DNA of 64,000 bases from Balanoglossus misakiensis (lineage: Eukaryota; Animalia; Hemichordata): assembly GCA_040954595.2 (NCBI GenBank), contig CM082598.2, forward strand, positions 3,355,154 through 3,419,153, read 5' to 3'. Made by a program: the position numbers and the translations under genes. The notes beneath the pieces are model-generated. The model was not told the origin of the DNA. It worked only from the letters and a program-made list of their open reading frames with translations, and did no database searches. Of this stretch, positions 44,901-56,883 are shown one piece after another. Numbering within the stretch: the stretch's first letter is position 1; every line of letters starts with the position of its first letter.

Positions 44901-47900
44901 GACACAGATGTCCTCCGTATTCAGGAATTTTAGAAGATTAATTTGTTGAAGTGACGTGATTAATCTGAAACTCATAAAACAAGCTGACATGGTTTTTTTG
45001 TACACTGTCCAAAATAATACCAGATATCCACAAGCCTTTAGTAGACTTTTCCACAAAACACAAAAAGTATGAAATATTTTTTTCTGAAATATATCATACA
45101 CAGGAAAAAATGGATTTTAGATGGGAAATAGTTCTGGGATTTAATTCTGTGAAATTGAAGGCTGACTCAACTGCTGTAATGTCCTGACAGGTTCTTCAAG
45201 TGTGTATTTGTGTTTGGGGAGTTTCTGTAAATAATTCCGGCTATTTTACCAAGACACTTCATCTTGCTGCCTCTCAAGAGGTTAATACAAGTACTACAGT
45301 TACTGCGATTGAAAGCAGCTGTTGCATACTTGCCGTGGCGCATAAATTCCTGCCAAACCTTCCCAAAAATGTCCACTTTTCAAAAAAAATTACGCATTTG
45401 TAAATTCATTTTGGACCAAGGATGTCAATAATGTTCGGTTAAAGTCAGATTTGGTAATCATCTTACGACAAAACATGCCAAACCAGAAACGAGAGATCTT
45501 TTTTTTAATTCAGAAAATTAAAAAAATACTGCACCCTGAGTAAATGGATTCGAGATGCACAAAATGAGACCAAATAATTGCTCAATACATTTCTATTCCA
45601 TTGCGTCGAATTGCTCAATTTCCGCCGCCCAATACATGAGCAAGAAAACAATTTGCACATACCATGTTATTGGATTCGGTCGCTTGTGACCCAGTGAATC
45701 CGGAATGTAGGTGGTGATTACTGAAATATTTCAAAGCTATTCACAGGGACATGACTGCAGAGAGAAACACAGCACGTCGCCGCGCTTGATACAGTGCAAG
45801 GACGTCTGGCTGCACACGATCCTCGCCGTATCACATGTAGTTTATTTGTCATAGAATACATGTTCGAAAATTGATAATTGCTCAAACTAAAAAAAAAATG
45901 TAACACAGATCATTACGATGTTATTTCTTATAAATTACAGAATGGACATGTTTAGTTTAAAAATTTACACAACTTTTTTTTACATTGATTATGAAAATGT
46001 AATTTATAGCTTTTTACTTGAAACAAATATCAACAATATGTTTAAAGAGTACACACTACATATGTTAACAAAAACAACCACACTTATTCTCGCAAATGTA
46101 CTTTCTGAGCTACTGAATACTTCCAAACTGTAATGCCAAATTGAAACATCACATAAGGTTTGATATGTATGTCAGTATAACACTGAATGCAAGTCTAATT
46201 CATCACAAATGACTGAACACCTGATTGGCGATTATCTTCACGAACAGCTCATTTGTTTGTTATGCTAAAGGTGCGCGATACTGGCACCTGTGCATTAAAG
46301 AGGTGAACAGAGACTCTTTCAATTACTGCTGTTCTGACCTCAATACAACTGCAAAAGTTGGTCAATGAAGATCTTTTATTTTTTCTGCAATTTCTTAGCA
46401 AATGAATGCATGATTACCCAAAAGGGACATGTATCAGATTAAAACAACACGATCTGTGAAATCTTTGGAGATTTGGTGTGTAGTGACGCTTTATCACATG
46501 GAAAGTAAAGCAGTGTGTTTGATGGATTGTTTTAAACTGTGATTGTGTCGCGCACTACCATTAGAGTTAATATAGATGGTACTGTACACTAAAAGAAACA
46601 TGACATTCTCTGCATACAATTAAATAAAAGTTACATGTACATGTATTATTTTATTTGTTTGAATGTACGATTTTACTTTACACTATTTTCAGTATGAAAT
46701 GATGAAATTCCCTTGTCATTCCCATACTGTGGGTTCTATTTTTCAATACCAGCATATCACGTAAAACTAAATTAAAAATAAATGTGCTAAATATTTTATT
46801 GCCGGCGAACAAATGTCAGTCAAAGAAATTTACATGACGCAATGTGCAAGGAGCTCAAAGACAGATTATGTTAAGGACAGTATAACGTTACCAGGTTACC
46901 CAGTAATTTTACCTCCAGGTTCCCCTCAAGTGTTTAATCGATGTACTGCAGCGAGGCAGTCACCGGTCCAAATGCTCGACAGAACTCAGCATGTGACCGG
47001 TTATAAAGTTTGAAAATGCCATAAAAATACACACATGCAAATACTATATGCAGGGTTCTGCCCAGGTTGACTTGAGTGCCGGCAACTAATTAATATTCAT
47101 GCTTATTAATATTCATACTCATCAATATTCACGTCTGTTGCAAGTCATACCCATTCATCAATGTATCAATATGAGACAATGTGCTGGATTATGAAATCGC
47201 TGCACTACAGTCATTTAATCAGGCAGCAGAGTTTTCGTCGAAGTTGCCAAATTACTTTCCTAAACCTGAACGAAAATGCTATCAAGAGCACTTGCGAAGA
47301 AAGTAACCGTAATTCATGCGACGTGAAACTGCACGGTTATAAAAGAGTGTTCCAAAAATAACTCAACATTCCCATTTCTCAGGTAGTTTTCTCTGCGTCA
47401 AGATACGCTATACTGGTAACAACACACTGAATAACCGTGGGATAATATTTTCACTAGAGCAGCTTTCTCTCCTTGAGATGCAGGGCCGGTCTCCGATCGT
47501 TTCGCGAGAAATAATTGACGAATATAACGTAGCAACACATATAAGCCACGGTCGCCCGGCACACCGAGCGCGATTTATATGCAAATTGATTGAGGATCTA
47601 GACGCTGCTGCAGGAAACATGGCAAAGTACAAATTGGGGTGTCGAAGTATGATTGATGTTTCATTTTATGGTAAATAGATAATCCCCCATTAATGACTGC
47701 CGCACTGTCTCGCTGAGAATAAATACCCCAGAGGCAGAGTCTGTTAAATCTTATTACATACACCAAACCAAATCACTCTCTTTAAGATCTCTCCTATCCA
47801 TTTCCCAGTAAACAAGTTACCTTGTGTTGATTTAAGGCTGACAGGGACTTGACAACATACATTTAACTTTTGATCGTTTTTAATCGTAATGTATTTCCTG

Positions 47901-49824
47901 TTTGTCAATCACAGTATTTTATCTGACATCAAAAGAAAGGTTGACGTGCATTGTCAACTTGTCAACATAGCGTTTATAATGGGTATTGTTATTGCGAAAA
48001 ATATTAGCCGGCCTGCTATGGCCATTGTAACTCTAACATTCGGTTATTTTTTGCAGTGTTTACCTCCCAGTATATTAACTCCTTTTTCCTCTCAACCATG
48101 GACAGCTATAGCGAATGTTCAGTCTTCAGTTTCTGAATAAATCATGTATATGAGTAACTATAATAAGTTTCTCAACGGAGTATCAGCCATTTTATTGCTG
48201 GTCCATACTTGAATCCACTCTTAAACATCAAAAATGCTGATCACTATGCTGTGTTAAATCCCAAATACTGACAGAGCATTTCTTGGAATAGAGGGAGTTG
48301 CAGTATAACTTATATTATTGACAATAACTGACAAAACTTAATATTACATAAGTGATATTAAACATAACCGTCGATTATCCCTAAGTTAAGACACACATCC
48401 TTTATAACTTTTGATTCTGAAACTTGAACAGGAAATTATATGTCAAAGCCTTTGAAATACATGTAATGAATTCATTTTGGTAGTTCGTGCTATCGTTTTT
48501 GTATTTCCATATGCTGAATACATCTGACATTGAGGTGCTAAACTATCTAAACTAAGCTGAAATTGGGTTAGCCCAAAGCTGACCCAGTTGGAAACTGTAC
48601 TGTGAATGGAAATAACTAACAGGATGCTTCAATGTTGAGACAAAGGATGTTGCCACTTCCATTACGCTGCTATCAGAGAAAGCCCGGCACTCTCATTTCC
48701 TTTAACGACAGACAGCAATTTCGCTCCAATCACTAGACAATCCCCTTGCCTGATTACCACTACCGACATCACTGGACATCTCATTGCTAATTGGCTACCC
48801 AGGTCGTAAACACGATCATGTCCGATTAACTTGTTGCTTTTTACTATTCAGTCCTTTCAGGCCGTCGCTAATTTCTGGAGTACGGTATGGTGAAAGCCCT
48901 GTAATGCAGTGTAACGGGTCGTCGAATATTCCACAGATGAAAAGGACATGAAAGGCACAGGAGACCGTGAAAACATACTGAAAGATGGATGGTGGGTATT
49001 TTTATCCACAACCAGCCCTTTTCTATATTACAATGTTTATTGCAAAAACGATCAATGTCAATTTGTTAAGTCAATAAGGTGAAACTTCTCACATAACTAC
49101 CGCACATGTAAGCGGAAGTCAGGCTAACTGATAACGTATGGTACGCGAGCATTTGCAGTTGTATGCAAATTACCGTCGTTCAAACTAACCTGCAGCAAAA
49201 ACGACAAAAAAAGAGGGAAATCCGCAAATTGAAAATTGAGATAATTTGATTAAAGCATGCACCTGGACGCAGCAGAAGATGAATAGTGTCTCCATGTTGA
49301 AGGAAAATTGCAAACTGGACAATATAAACCAGAACTAAGACTAGAATATCTCACAAAGCACTGCAAATACCACCCCTGGAGGCTTTCTTGAATCCAATGC
49401 CATTGGATAGATTTTAACTTAGATCAGGCCGAGGGACGACAAGTCTGACTAGTCTAGTCACATCATACATTGTATTTCTGAAACCTTGTACAGAACAGAC
49501 TGTATTTCCGTTTAGCAATACTCTGAGCTATTATCTTGTATTCCACTAGTGTCTGTGGTGTTGGCAGAAGCATTTAATATGTGATTTTATACAGCATATG
49601 ATATGCTTATCCCAAGGGGAATGTAGGGAAGGGCAGAGACTGTCTGTTCAATAACTAGTCAATCTCAGCCCCACACCCACAGCTCTGTGTGCTTCTTCTG
49701 TTTTATATATCTACATGAATACTGTAACAAAATTATCATTATGTGACTCATAACGTTAGCAAAGACTAATGTAAAGTGTCCTCCTGAAATGTATTATGTA
49801 CAAGAATGTATTAGCTGTTTACAT

Positions 49825-50038
49825 TACTGTAAAACAGGAAATTTTCGCGAACAAGAAATTTTTGCGAACTTCTTGAGAGCAAAAAAAACGCGGAAAATAA
49901 TAAGTCACATAAAGATGTTTGTCGGAGATATCGACGTAGTTAGTGAAATACAAGAATGTGAAAATTAAATGTCGCGTCAACAGTTGTCTCTTAATATCGC
50001 GAAAATTTCCTATTGTGAAAATTTCCTGTTTTATAGTA
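49825..50038. mobile_element. TA-flanked MITE (Tc1/mariner-like)
   Basis: TA-CTGTAAAACAGGAAATTTTC ... GAAAATTTCCTGTTTTATAG-TA inverted termini. Confidence 0.8.
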
Positions 50039-50288
50039 TATACCAGTATGGTATACATATATAGTATATATATTTTAACTATATACATACTGTATATTAA
50101 ACTATTTGCATATACATAGTTTAATATACGAAGTTAATGTATATAGTTAAAAAGTTATTAAAAATACATTATACAGTTAATAAAATAATACATGTATAAT
50201 TATTTATCAAGGTGTACTTTATAATAAATAGAAAGCTAATTGAAAAAACAATGCTTTGTGATTATGTTATGGTAAGTACAGGAGGTGA

Positions 50289-50468
50289 TACTGTAAAACG
50301 GGTTATTTTCGTGAGCAATAAATTTTCGCGAAATACGCAAGGGCATAAAAAAAGTGATAAAGATGCAGTAAATGAAATAAGAGACACGAAAATAAATATT
50401 CGTGTAACAGTTGCCTCTTTTGATATCGCGAAAAATTTCCTGTCATGAAAATAACCCGTTTAACAGTC
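50289..50468. mobile_element. TA-flanked MITE, related shorter subfamily
   Basis: TA-CTGTAAAACGGGTTATTTTC ... GAAAATAACCCGTTTAACAG; internal sequence matches the reverse complement of the 56884 copy. Confidence 0.8.
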
Positions 50469-51254
50469 TGTACTGAACTGATTTGGAAACTAAAAAATCT
50501 AAATAAGGAACATGTCCCACACATGTGGTATGCTCATATTTCTTGTATCATATTTCTAAAGTCACCGTGGCAACCTTGTTAAGAAATGAACTCAATAAGC
50601 GCGGAGTTGCAGAGGTAATGATTGACAACAACTATCGGGTGGAAACAGATTGCGCTCGGCATATCTTGCTGTTCCCCCATTAAAGTTGTGGTCATCCATC
50701 AGTTAATTGGTTGCCTTGGTGCGCGCCACGCCCACGCATAGCTGTCCTGGGACTGAGTGATATGGGGGGTCTCCATTTCCGGTTTGTGCAAGGGGGCGTG
50801 GTCGCCTCGAAGGTGTACACTGTTTTGTTTATTGTTTTTGTCGTGGATTGATATATTGTCACTTGAAGAAAAATAAAAGTATTCTTTCCTGAAGGCCATA
50901 TAACGCTAACCACAGGCACGATTATCGATAACACAGCGCCGGTTGTTAGCGTTATGTTTAATATCAATGACTCATTGTCCGAGGGATATTTTCAGCCACT
51001 TCGAATATGTTTGAGCAGCGTGACGTGGCGACACTTTAGCCACGATATATATTAAATGAATGGAGGCAGGGACTGGTGTTATGTAAACTGACATTGGGAA
51101 CTGGCTTACATAACAGGACACCAGTGTTCGCTAATTGGAAGCCCCACAAATGCAGCTGGGCGTGTCGCGTTTGTTTACACTTGCCAAAGACGAGAAAAGG
51201 CCTTCCGGGTCTAGACCCGGAAAGGTCTTCTCTCACAAATAAGTTGTCACTAAC

Positions 51255-51466
51255 CTGTAAGACGTTTGTTTCCTGATGGTAAACTGGTGAGAGAACTTGT
51301 CAGAGATCTCCTCTGGAAGATCCTTCTCGAAAAACTCGTCCTCTTCCTCCGATCGCTCTGGGATCGTCTCGTCGACGACGGGTAACGTCGGCGTCGACGG
51401 CGACTCAAAGCTCCCGCAGCTAGTCACGCTTATCGTTGGATTATCCGTGCCCGCACCCGAAGCCAT
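51255..51466 (-). CDS. DGKI: First coding exon of a type IV diacylglycerol kinase (DGK iota/zeta, rdgA orthologue); remaining exons apparently lie left of the window
   Basis: aatATGG start; MASGAGTDNPT...EEISDKFSHQFTIRKQTSYR ends at AG|gttagt (phase 2). The end resembles remembered human DGKI EALEEKLRNLTFRKQVSYR-KAISR. Family assignment rests on this one motif. Confidence 0.7.
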
Positions 51467-51614
51467 ATTAGCATTTCCTTCACGACAGGTGGAAAATCCG
51501 TCCCGTCTTCCAGTATTCCCGATCTGTCCTTTCCACACGAGCGTTGTACAGCTTCCCTCTCCGACTCCACAGGTTAGCCGATCAGAATGAATGAAACTTA
51601 CACACTACGATCTT

Positions 51615-51960
51615 CAAGCTGGCCGCCATCTTGAACCTCTTCTATGGAATTGTTTAGTACCCTTTAACTGCGTGAATTCTCGCTACGAACCACCTAAGTG
51701 AGCAAACATTACAAATACTAAATTCAGTTGAATCAGCGCTCAAGACAGAAAAACTCACAAAAATACATTGACTTCATGAATGGATAATACGTTCCTTTTA
51801 TTTAAAAAAATTACGGTGGATTCCAACTCCAATTGAAGATAACTGAAAAAAAGTTCTCGGAGAAGGACTAAACTAAAACCCTAACTTCGTTTCTATAGCA
51901 ACAATAAAACGCTAATACCGTTTCTATAGCAACAATAGTTAGAAATCATTAGCCAATACA
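51615..51960 (-). promoter_or_regulatory. Putative DGK promoter: YY1-type AAGATGGCGGC, tandem X-boxes and a CCAAT box
   Basis: gccgccatctt at about 51622-51632; GTTTCTATAGCAAC at 51889-51902 and 51920-51933; agccaat at about 51951; all just upstream of the first exon. Confidence 0.6.
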
Positions 51961-53547
51961 CTAAATAGTTTCCAGATTAAGGCACTTTAGAGCCTATTTC
52001 AAAACGCATAGGAATGAAAATATTTATACGCTAAAGGTGGAAATATGGGAAAAAACGATAAAAGTATAAAAACATAAGATGCAAATCGACTTCACATTAC
52101 GTCACTGAGGGCGTACATCAATTTTCATAAGTATCTCAATGCAGTGGCTGGTGACAATGAGTAGGGAAAGAGTTGAGTTTCTCATAGACACAAACGTAAT
52201 AACGCGTTTATTTCTTTTTTTTAGTCATTTTATGTGAAACCTAGTCATCAATTTGTATGGTCACCGGACGGTTAAACCCCTAGTTACAGTGTGCAGCGAC
52301 ACGATGGATATAGGCCTACACGCTCAAATTTCGAATCAGACTGCGCGTACCACACAAACAGATCTAGACGTTGACGAAAAACTGATGAATAGCTACAATG
52401 AATGTTACGGCAAAGGGGGTAAGGGTGGGAAAAAGATGGTTAGAGGGAAGAGAAAAATTACTGAGTGGACAGACAGATATAGAAGCTTGTGATATGTGAC
52501 GTCAATCAGTTGGCGGAGCGTCAATGCTATTTTTGGAAGTGGCATAATTTGTTTCATTCAGCAGGTAAACATATTTTCTTTGCTCGACTCCAGTGTCCAG
52601 TGAGTCAAAAATAGTCGCCGACAACAAACTGCATGGCGTCGAATATTATTATATGTCGAATAAAATTACTAGTAATTTTGATACACGACAAAAAGTAACG
52701 CATAAGACCACATGTGTCTCTGCCCAGATTGCGTACCACGTGGCCAGTGATGCCAATGAGGTCGCCCTCACACAAATTCCAAGTGATTTACTTTTGTTTT
52801 TTAAGTTTATTACCCGTAACCTACAGTAGCACTTTCCTGCCAAATCATGTTATTTACGTACAGCGCATTTTTTAATATTAAGGCGATGAAATAAGGAGCG
52901 CGGATCACGATTGGTGACATAAACTCGCTCGGTCATCGCGTTCTTGATTGCTTGCCTGCTGGTGGAGCTCAAGGGCGCACAGAGATTTCTTCTCCATGTG
53001 TACGGGATTTGATATTGATATCACATCTATCTTTGTGTCATGTACCAAAAATACACATACCACAGTGCGCATGCAACAATAGAGAGGTCCAGTTGCTCGA
53101 TGTTTCAATATACCATTTATTGATAGAAGATAACACTATATATCAACCCGTCTAATGAAATCCCAATTGAATGAAATGGAACTGAAGTACGCGCCTTTAA
53201 GGACAGATTTTCAGAGAAAAATATATGGTCCTCCATACCTCTCAATACTTTGCTATATTAAACTGTGTGGAGTCTTTTTGAAATCAAAGAAGAAATAAAA
53301 ATCACCACTTTACTTTTTCTTCAGAGAAATAATACAGGGATTGGTGGTCATTTTGAATTTTGCACAGTGAACCCAATTGATGAGAAAGCAAAATATGACT
53401 GGTGCATACTATCTTGAGAATGTACGATCAACAAAAATTAAAATACATGTACTGTCATTTCTTCTAATTAATTTTGGATTCTCCTTTGCAAAAAAATCCG
53501 TAAGAAAATATGTGGTAACCATACTCTTATCTGCTAATAGTCGATTA

Positions 53548-55450
53548 TTACTTCATGTGTACGTACACAGCATGGTCGATGATCAGGTACGTTGTGTCGT
53601 CTTTCTGATGAACTGCACAGTGTTTACCATGTGTCGCTCTGATCCTATGCTTCTCGACAAAGTTTAGTCCTGTTTTGGCTCTGGTGTAAATAACGAGGAA
53701 GGGGTCGGTCATGCTGTTTCCACCGTTAGTTACGGCCAGATAAATCTGGTTTTGGATCGTGAACGGACAGGCCATGCGGGCGTTGAGGGTCTGAATGGTG
53801 TGGCGTTCCACGAACCGCTGACCGTCGCCGTCCCACACGTAGATGGGCGTGTCGGTCAACAGAGACCCGTAAACCCCTTGCCACATGACGTCCACGAGGT
53901 AGGTCTCCCCGCCAAAATGGAAGGTCACAACAGCGGCGGAAGCGCCCGCTGTCGGTAGAAGCTGGTGCCTCCCGAAGGAGAACCCGCTGGCGCTCATCTT
54001 GTAGACTTCGGAGTACACCTTGTAGCGTGGCCACACCTTCCCAGAGAAGCTGTTCGCGAAACAGACGTAGACGTAGTTGCCGATGGTAACAGAGGAGACG
54101 TCGCGGGCGCCGCTCGTTGGGATGGGTTGGAAAATCACGAAACGCTCGCCGTTCCAAACGAAGATGACGCTGTCGATGTCGTGCTCGTTGGAGTTAGAGC
54201 GCGAGTCGAATTTAGAGAAACTGGCAAGAGCCAAGAAGTGCTTTCTTCCCTGGGAGGTGGACGTGTGGAAGTAGTCTAGACTCCAAGAGTGAACTCCGTT
54301 GAGAAAAATGACCTGAAACTCGGCAAATGTCCCGTTTTCCCACCGATAGATACAGTGGTTCCCCAGGCGACAGTTTGTGACGGTCAAGAAGTGCTGCTGC
54401 TCCATCTTGAAAAATGTCAGTCCGTTGAAGTTTATGTCGCCAGGGTCAGTGTCGATGTGCTGAAAAGGCGTGGCAGTGTTGTTGTCAAGCACGAGTATGT
54501 CGGTGCCGTTGATGGTCACGTGGGCGATGTAAGTGACGCAGTGGATCTCAAAGAGAATGATGCTGCGGATCGGATCAGAGACAGTCAGATTCAGAACCCG
54601 TTCCACGAAGGCGTCCGGGTCCGCAGCTACGATGGCGGTTGGACTGGGGTGTGTATCCATGGCAACGGTTGTGGGCGCAGACACCCCTAGACAGAGAAAA
54701 CACAAACAACTTCGAAATAAAGTGGTCCGGCGTTGCTTGCAAAACTCTCATGAAAACATATCCATGGAATATAATTTAATTGACAAATGAAAATATTCTA
54801 CAATTATTAGTCCAATGAAAATTAGTGTAAGTGATACATCTGTACAAGTGGTAACATGTACATATATACATGTACATAGATACATACATGCATACATACA
54901 TACCATCCTTTTCTTGGCCAACCAACATTTGTTCAAGTGAGTCAATTCTTTGGTTCAGTTTATCAATCTCTCGTTCCTGCCTGCTTTTCTCAATACTCAG
55001 ATGTTCAATGTCCTCTTGCTGGATCTCAATTATATGTTGCTGACGAAACATCTCTTCCTCCCAACGCTCCTGTTGCCGTTGGAGCCGCCGGATCTGTTTC
55101 CTGTCCTGATATTCCGTGAGGTCTTTGTACTCGGTTAATTCTTCGATTTGGGCTCCGTGTTGGGCGAGCGTGGCCAGACACTGCTGGGCAGTTTCTTGCA
55201 AGGCCGTGATCTCTTTGTCCTGTTGTCGCAGGATCATGATGCTTCGCCGAAACCCGGTGCATCCTTTCTGTCCGTCCCTGGGCAGAAGGAAAGTGTAAAC
55301 ACAGATGTCTTCTTGGGTTGCATCGCAGTTGGCTGTCAGGTTCTCACACCGCGACAAAAGCTCGTCCTTCTCCGCCATGTTGCCTTGAAGACAAACGCAC
55401 GAAGTATAAGCAAGGAGAACAGCCACTGCGAGTTTCAATCCAACAGCCAT
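53548..55450 (-). CDS. Secreted protein of about 561 aa: signal peptide, angiopoietin-like CxYTFxxP motif, coiled coil and about 7 EPTP/EAR repeats (TSPEAR/LGI-type beta-propeller)
   Basis: Exon 1 54904-55450 (ATG, hydrophobic leader MAVGLKLAVAVLLAYTSCVCLQG, CVYTFLLP, Q/E/L heptads) ends G|gtatgt (phase 1). Exon 2 53548-54686 starts ctag|GG and continues in frame. Repeats of the form F..FQ.IPT.GA....F.I....YL..AN...S.IY.W.G match the EPTP/EAR pattern. Confidence 0.8.
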
Positions 55451-55964
55451 ATTTGCTCACTACAATCAAATGTCGAATCTCGAACAATTCCTGTCCAATG
55501 TTTGAGAATCGACACGACCTATCGTCCGATCACCAAAATCTAGTCATAGATATAAATCAGCCAACCCACTGAACATAAACAGCACGGGAAAAGATACATC
55601 AAAGAGCGGTCGAGAAATAAATTATGTGTCCTTGCTGGGTTCAAACCTCCAGATGTTTACACTTCTGAAATTCCAATGAATCCGATGCACTTAAAATACA
55701 CTACACTATCTTGGTGTGATGTTTCACCACAGTCACTGTGGTTTCACGCTTTGTACATGGCGCTCTCTCACTATTGAAACTTGTTCCCCTTTTGCTTATG
55801 TTCATGTTTATTGCTTTTGGCAATATGACAAAAATACCACATGTGTACTGAATAGTCTTTGTGTTTGGACTGTATTTCGGATCCATTCCTTGTAGATATT
55901 GTACCAGAGCAATGATAATGCATTCTGGACATATGCAAGTTTAAACAAATTGGTTTCTAAATAT

Positions 55965-56315
55965 GCACGTCTCACGTGACGTGACTAGACAGGCAGAACG
56001 CGTCACGTGGATAGACGCGGACGCAGGTCCATCACGTGCATGCCATCCGCCATTTTGTAATATGCTAATTTTTGACATTCCCGTCGTGAATTAATGCGCA
56101 TGTCTGTTGTAAAATTTACGTACATTTGCGTCAGTAGTTGTATTGATTTGAGCTTAATTCCGGAATAAACTGCTATTTTTAATGTATATTTGTCAAGGGT
56201 GAAAGATATTGTTTACAAACGCGACATATTGAGTCTAACCCGGAAGTAATATTGACCAATGAAAAGGCTCGGTCTTTAGCCAATCAGATGCCACACTTCT
56301 AAATATGGCGGACCT
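55965..56315. promoter_or_regulatory. Promoter-like motif cluster upstream of the EPTP gene
   Basis: Three CACGTG E-boxes (about 55973, 56004, 56033), YY1-like ccgccatttt (56047) and aatatggcgg (about 56302), ETS ccggaagt (56240), CCAAT (56256, 56280); locally CpG-rich. Confidence 0.45.
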
Positions 56316-56519
56316 GCTTCTTTGCGCTTGTCACTGATCGAGGCAGGGTACCAACCAAGTTCTATCTGTATTTCAAGAATCAAGAACTTGCACCAATCAA
56401 ACACAAACAATCCCACAGCTTGTAGCACACCCAAAAGAAATATATACAAATCAAACGGAGTCCTTGAATGAATTTTTTTATTCAAGTATCTACTCATAAA
56501 TTTCAATAAAACATCTGTT

Positions 56520-56525
56520 TTTATT
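56520..56525 (-). terminator. Probable DENND5 polyadenylation signal (AATAAA), implying a 3' UTR of about 2.4 kb
   Basis: tttatt on + strand, followed on the minus strand by a GT/T-rich stretch; lies just before the promoter-like cluster of the next gene. Confidence 0.4.
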
Positions 56526-56883
56526 CTTTAAACTTTACAATGCCGACTTTCACACTCAAAAAAATTTACAAACAAAGAAAAAAACTTTAATGGAGTGTAT
56601 CACAGTCTCTCAAGAAAGAGGAGGGACTGTGAGTGTATATTTCAAAGTCATTGCACACTTCAAATTCAGTTTCATTTGTAATTGTCAAAAATAGTTGAAA
56701 ATGAGCCAAAACGTCAAAATGTGCAATCAAGCATTTGTCATGCATCGTGAAATGAGTTACATCAAAATCTTTAACTAATGTTTTAAATCCTAAAATTTCC
56801 AAGAAAGGAGATAAAATTCATGATTTTATGATTGATACTACACATTTCTCTTTTCCACATCGAAACATAACTTTCAAATGAAA

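Noticed and set aside
51297-51590. + strand 97-aa ORF
   Set aside because: Antisense shadow of the DGK first exon.
51585-51630. ATG inside the YY1 motif followed by a gtaagt donor
   Set aside because: Gives only a 15-codon uORF or a phase-1 micro-exon incompatible with the phase-2 DGK junction.
53726-55572. Many + strand and alternate-frame ORFs over the EPTP gene
   Set aside because: Shadow ORFs of GC-rich coding exons; no independent motifs.
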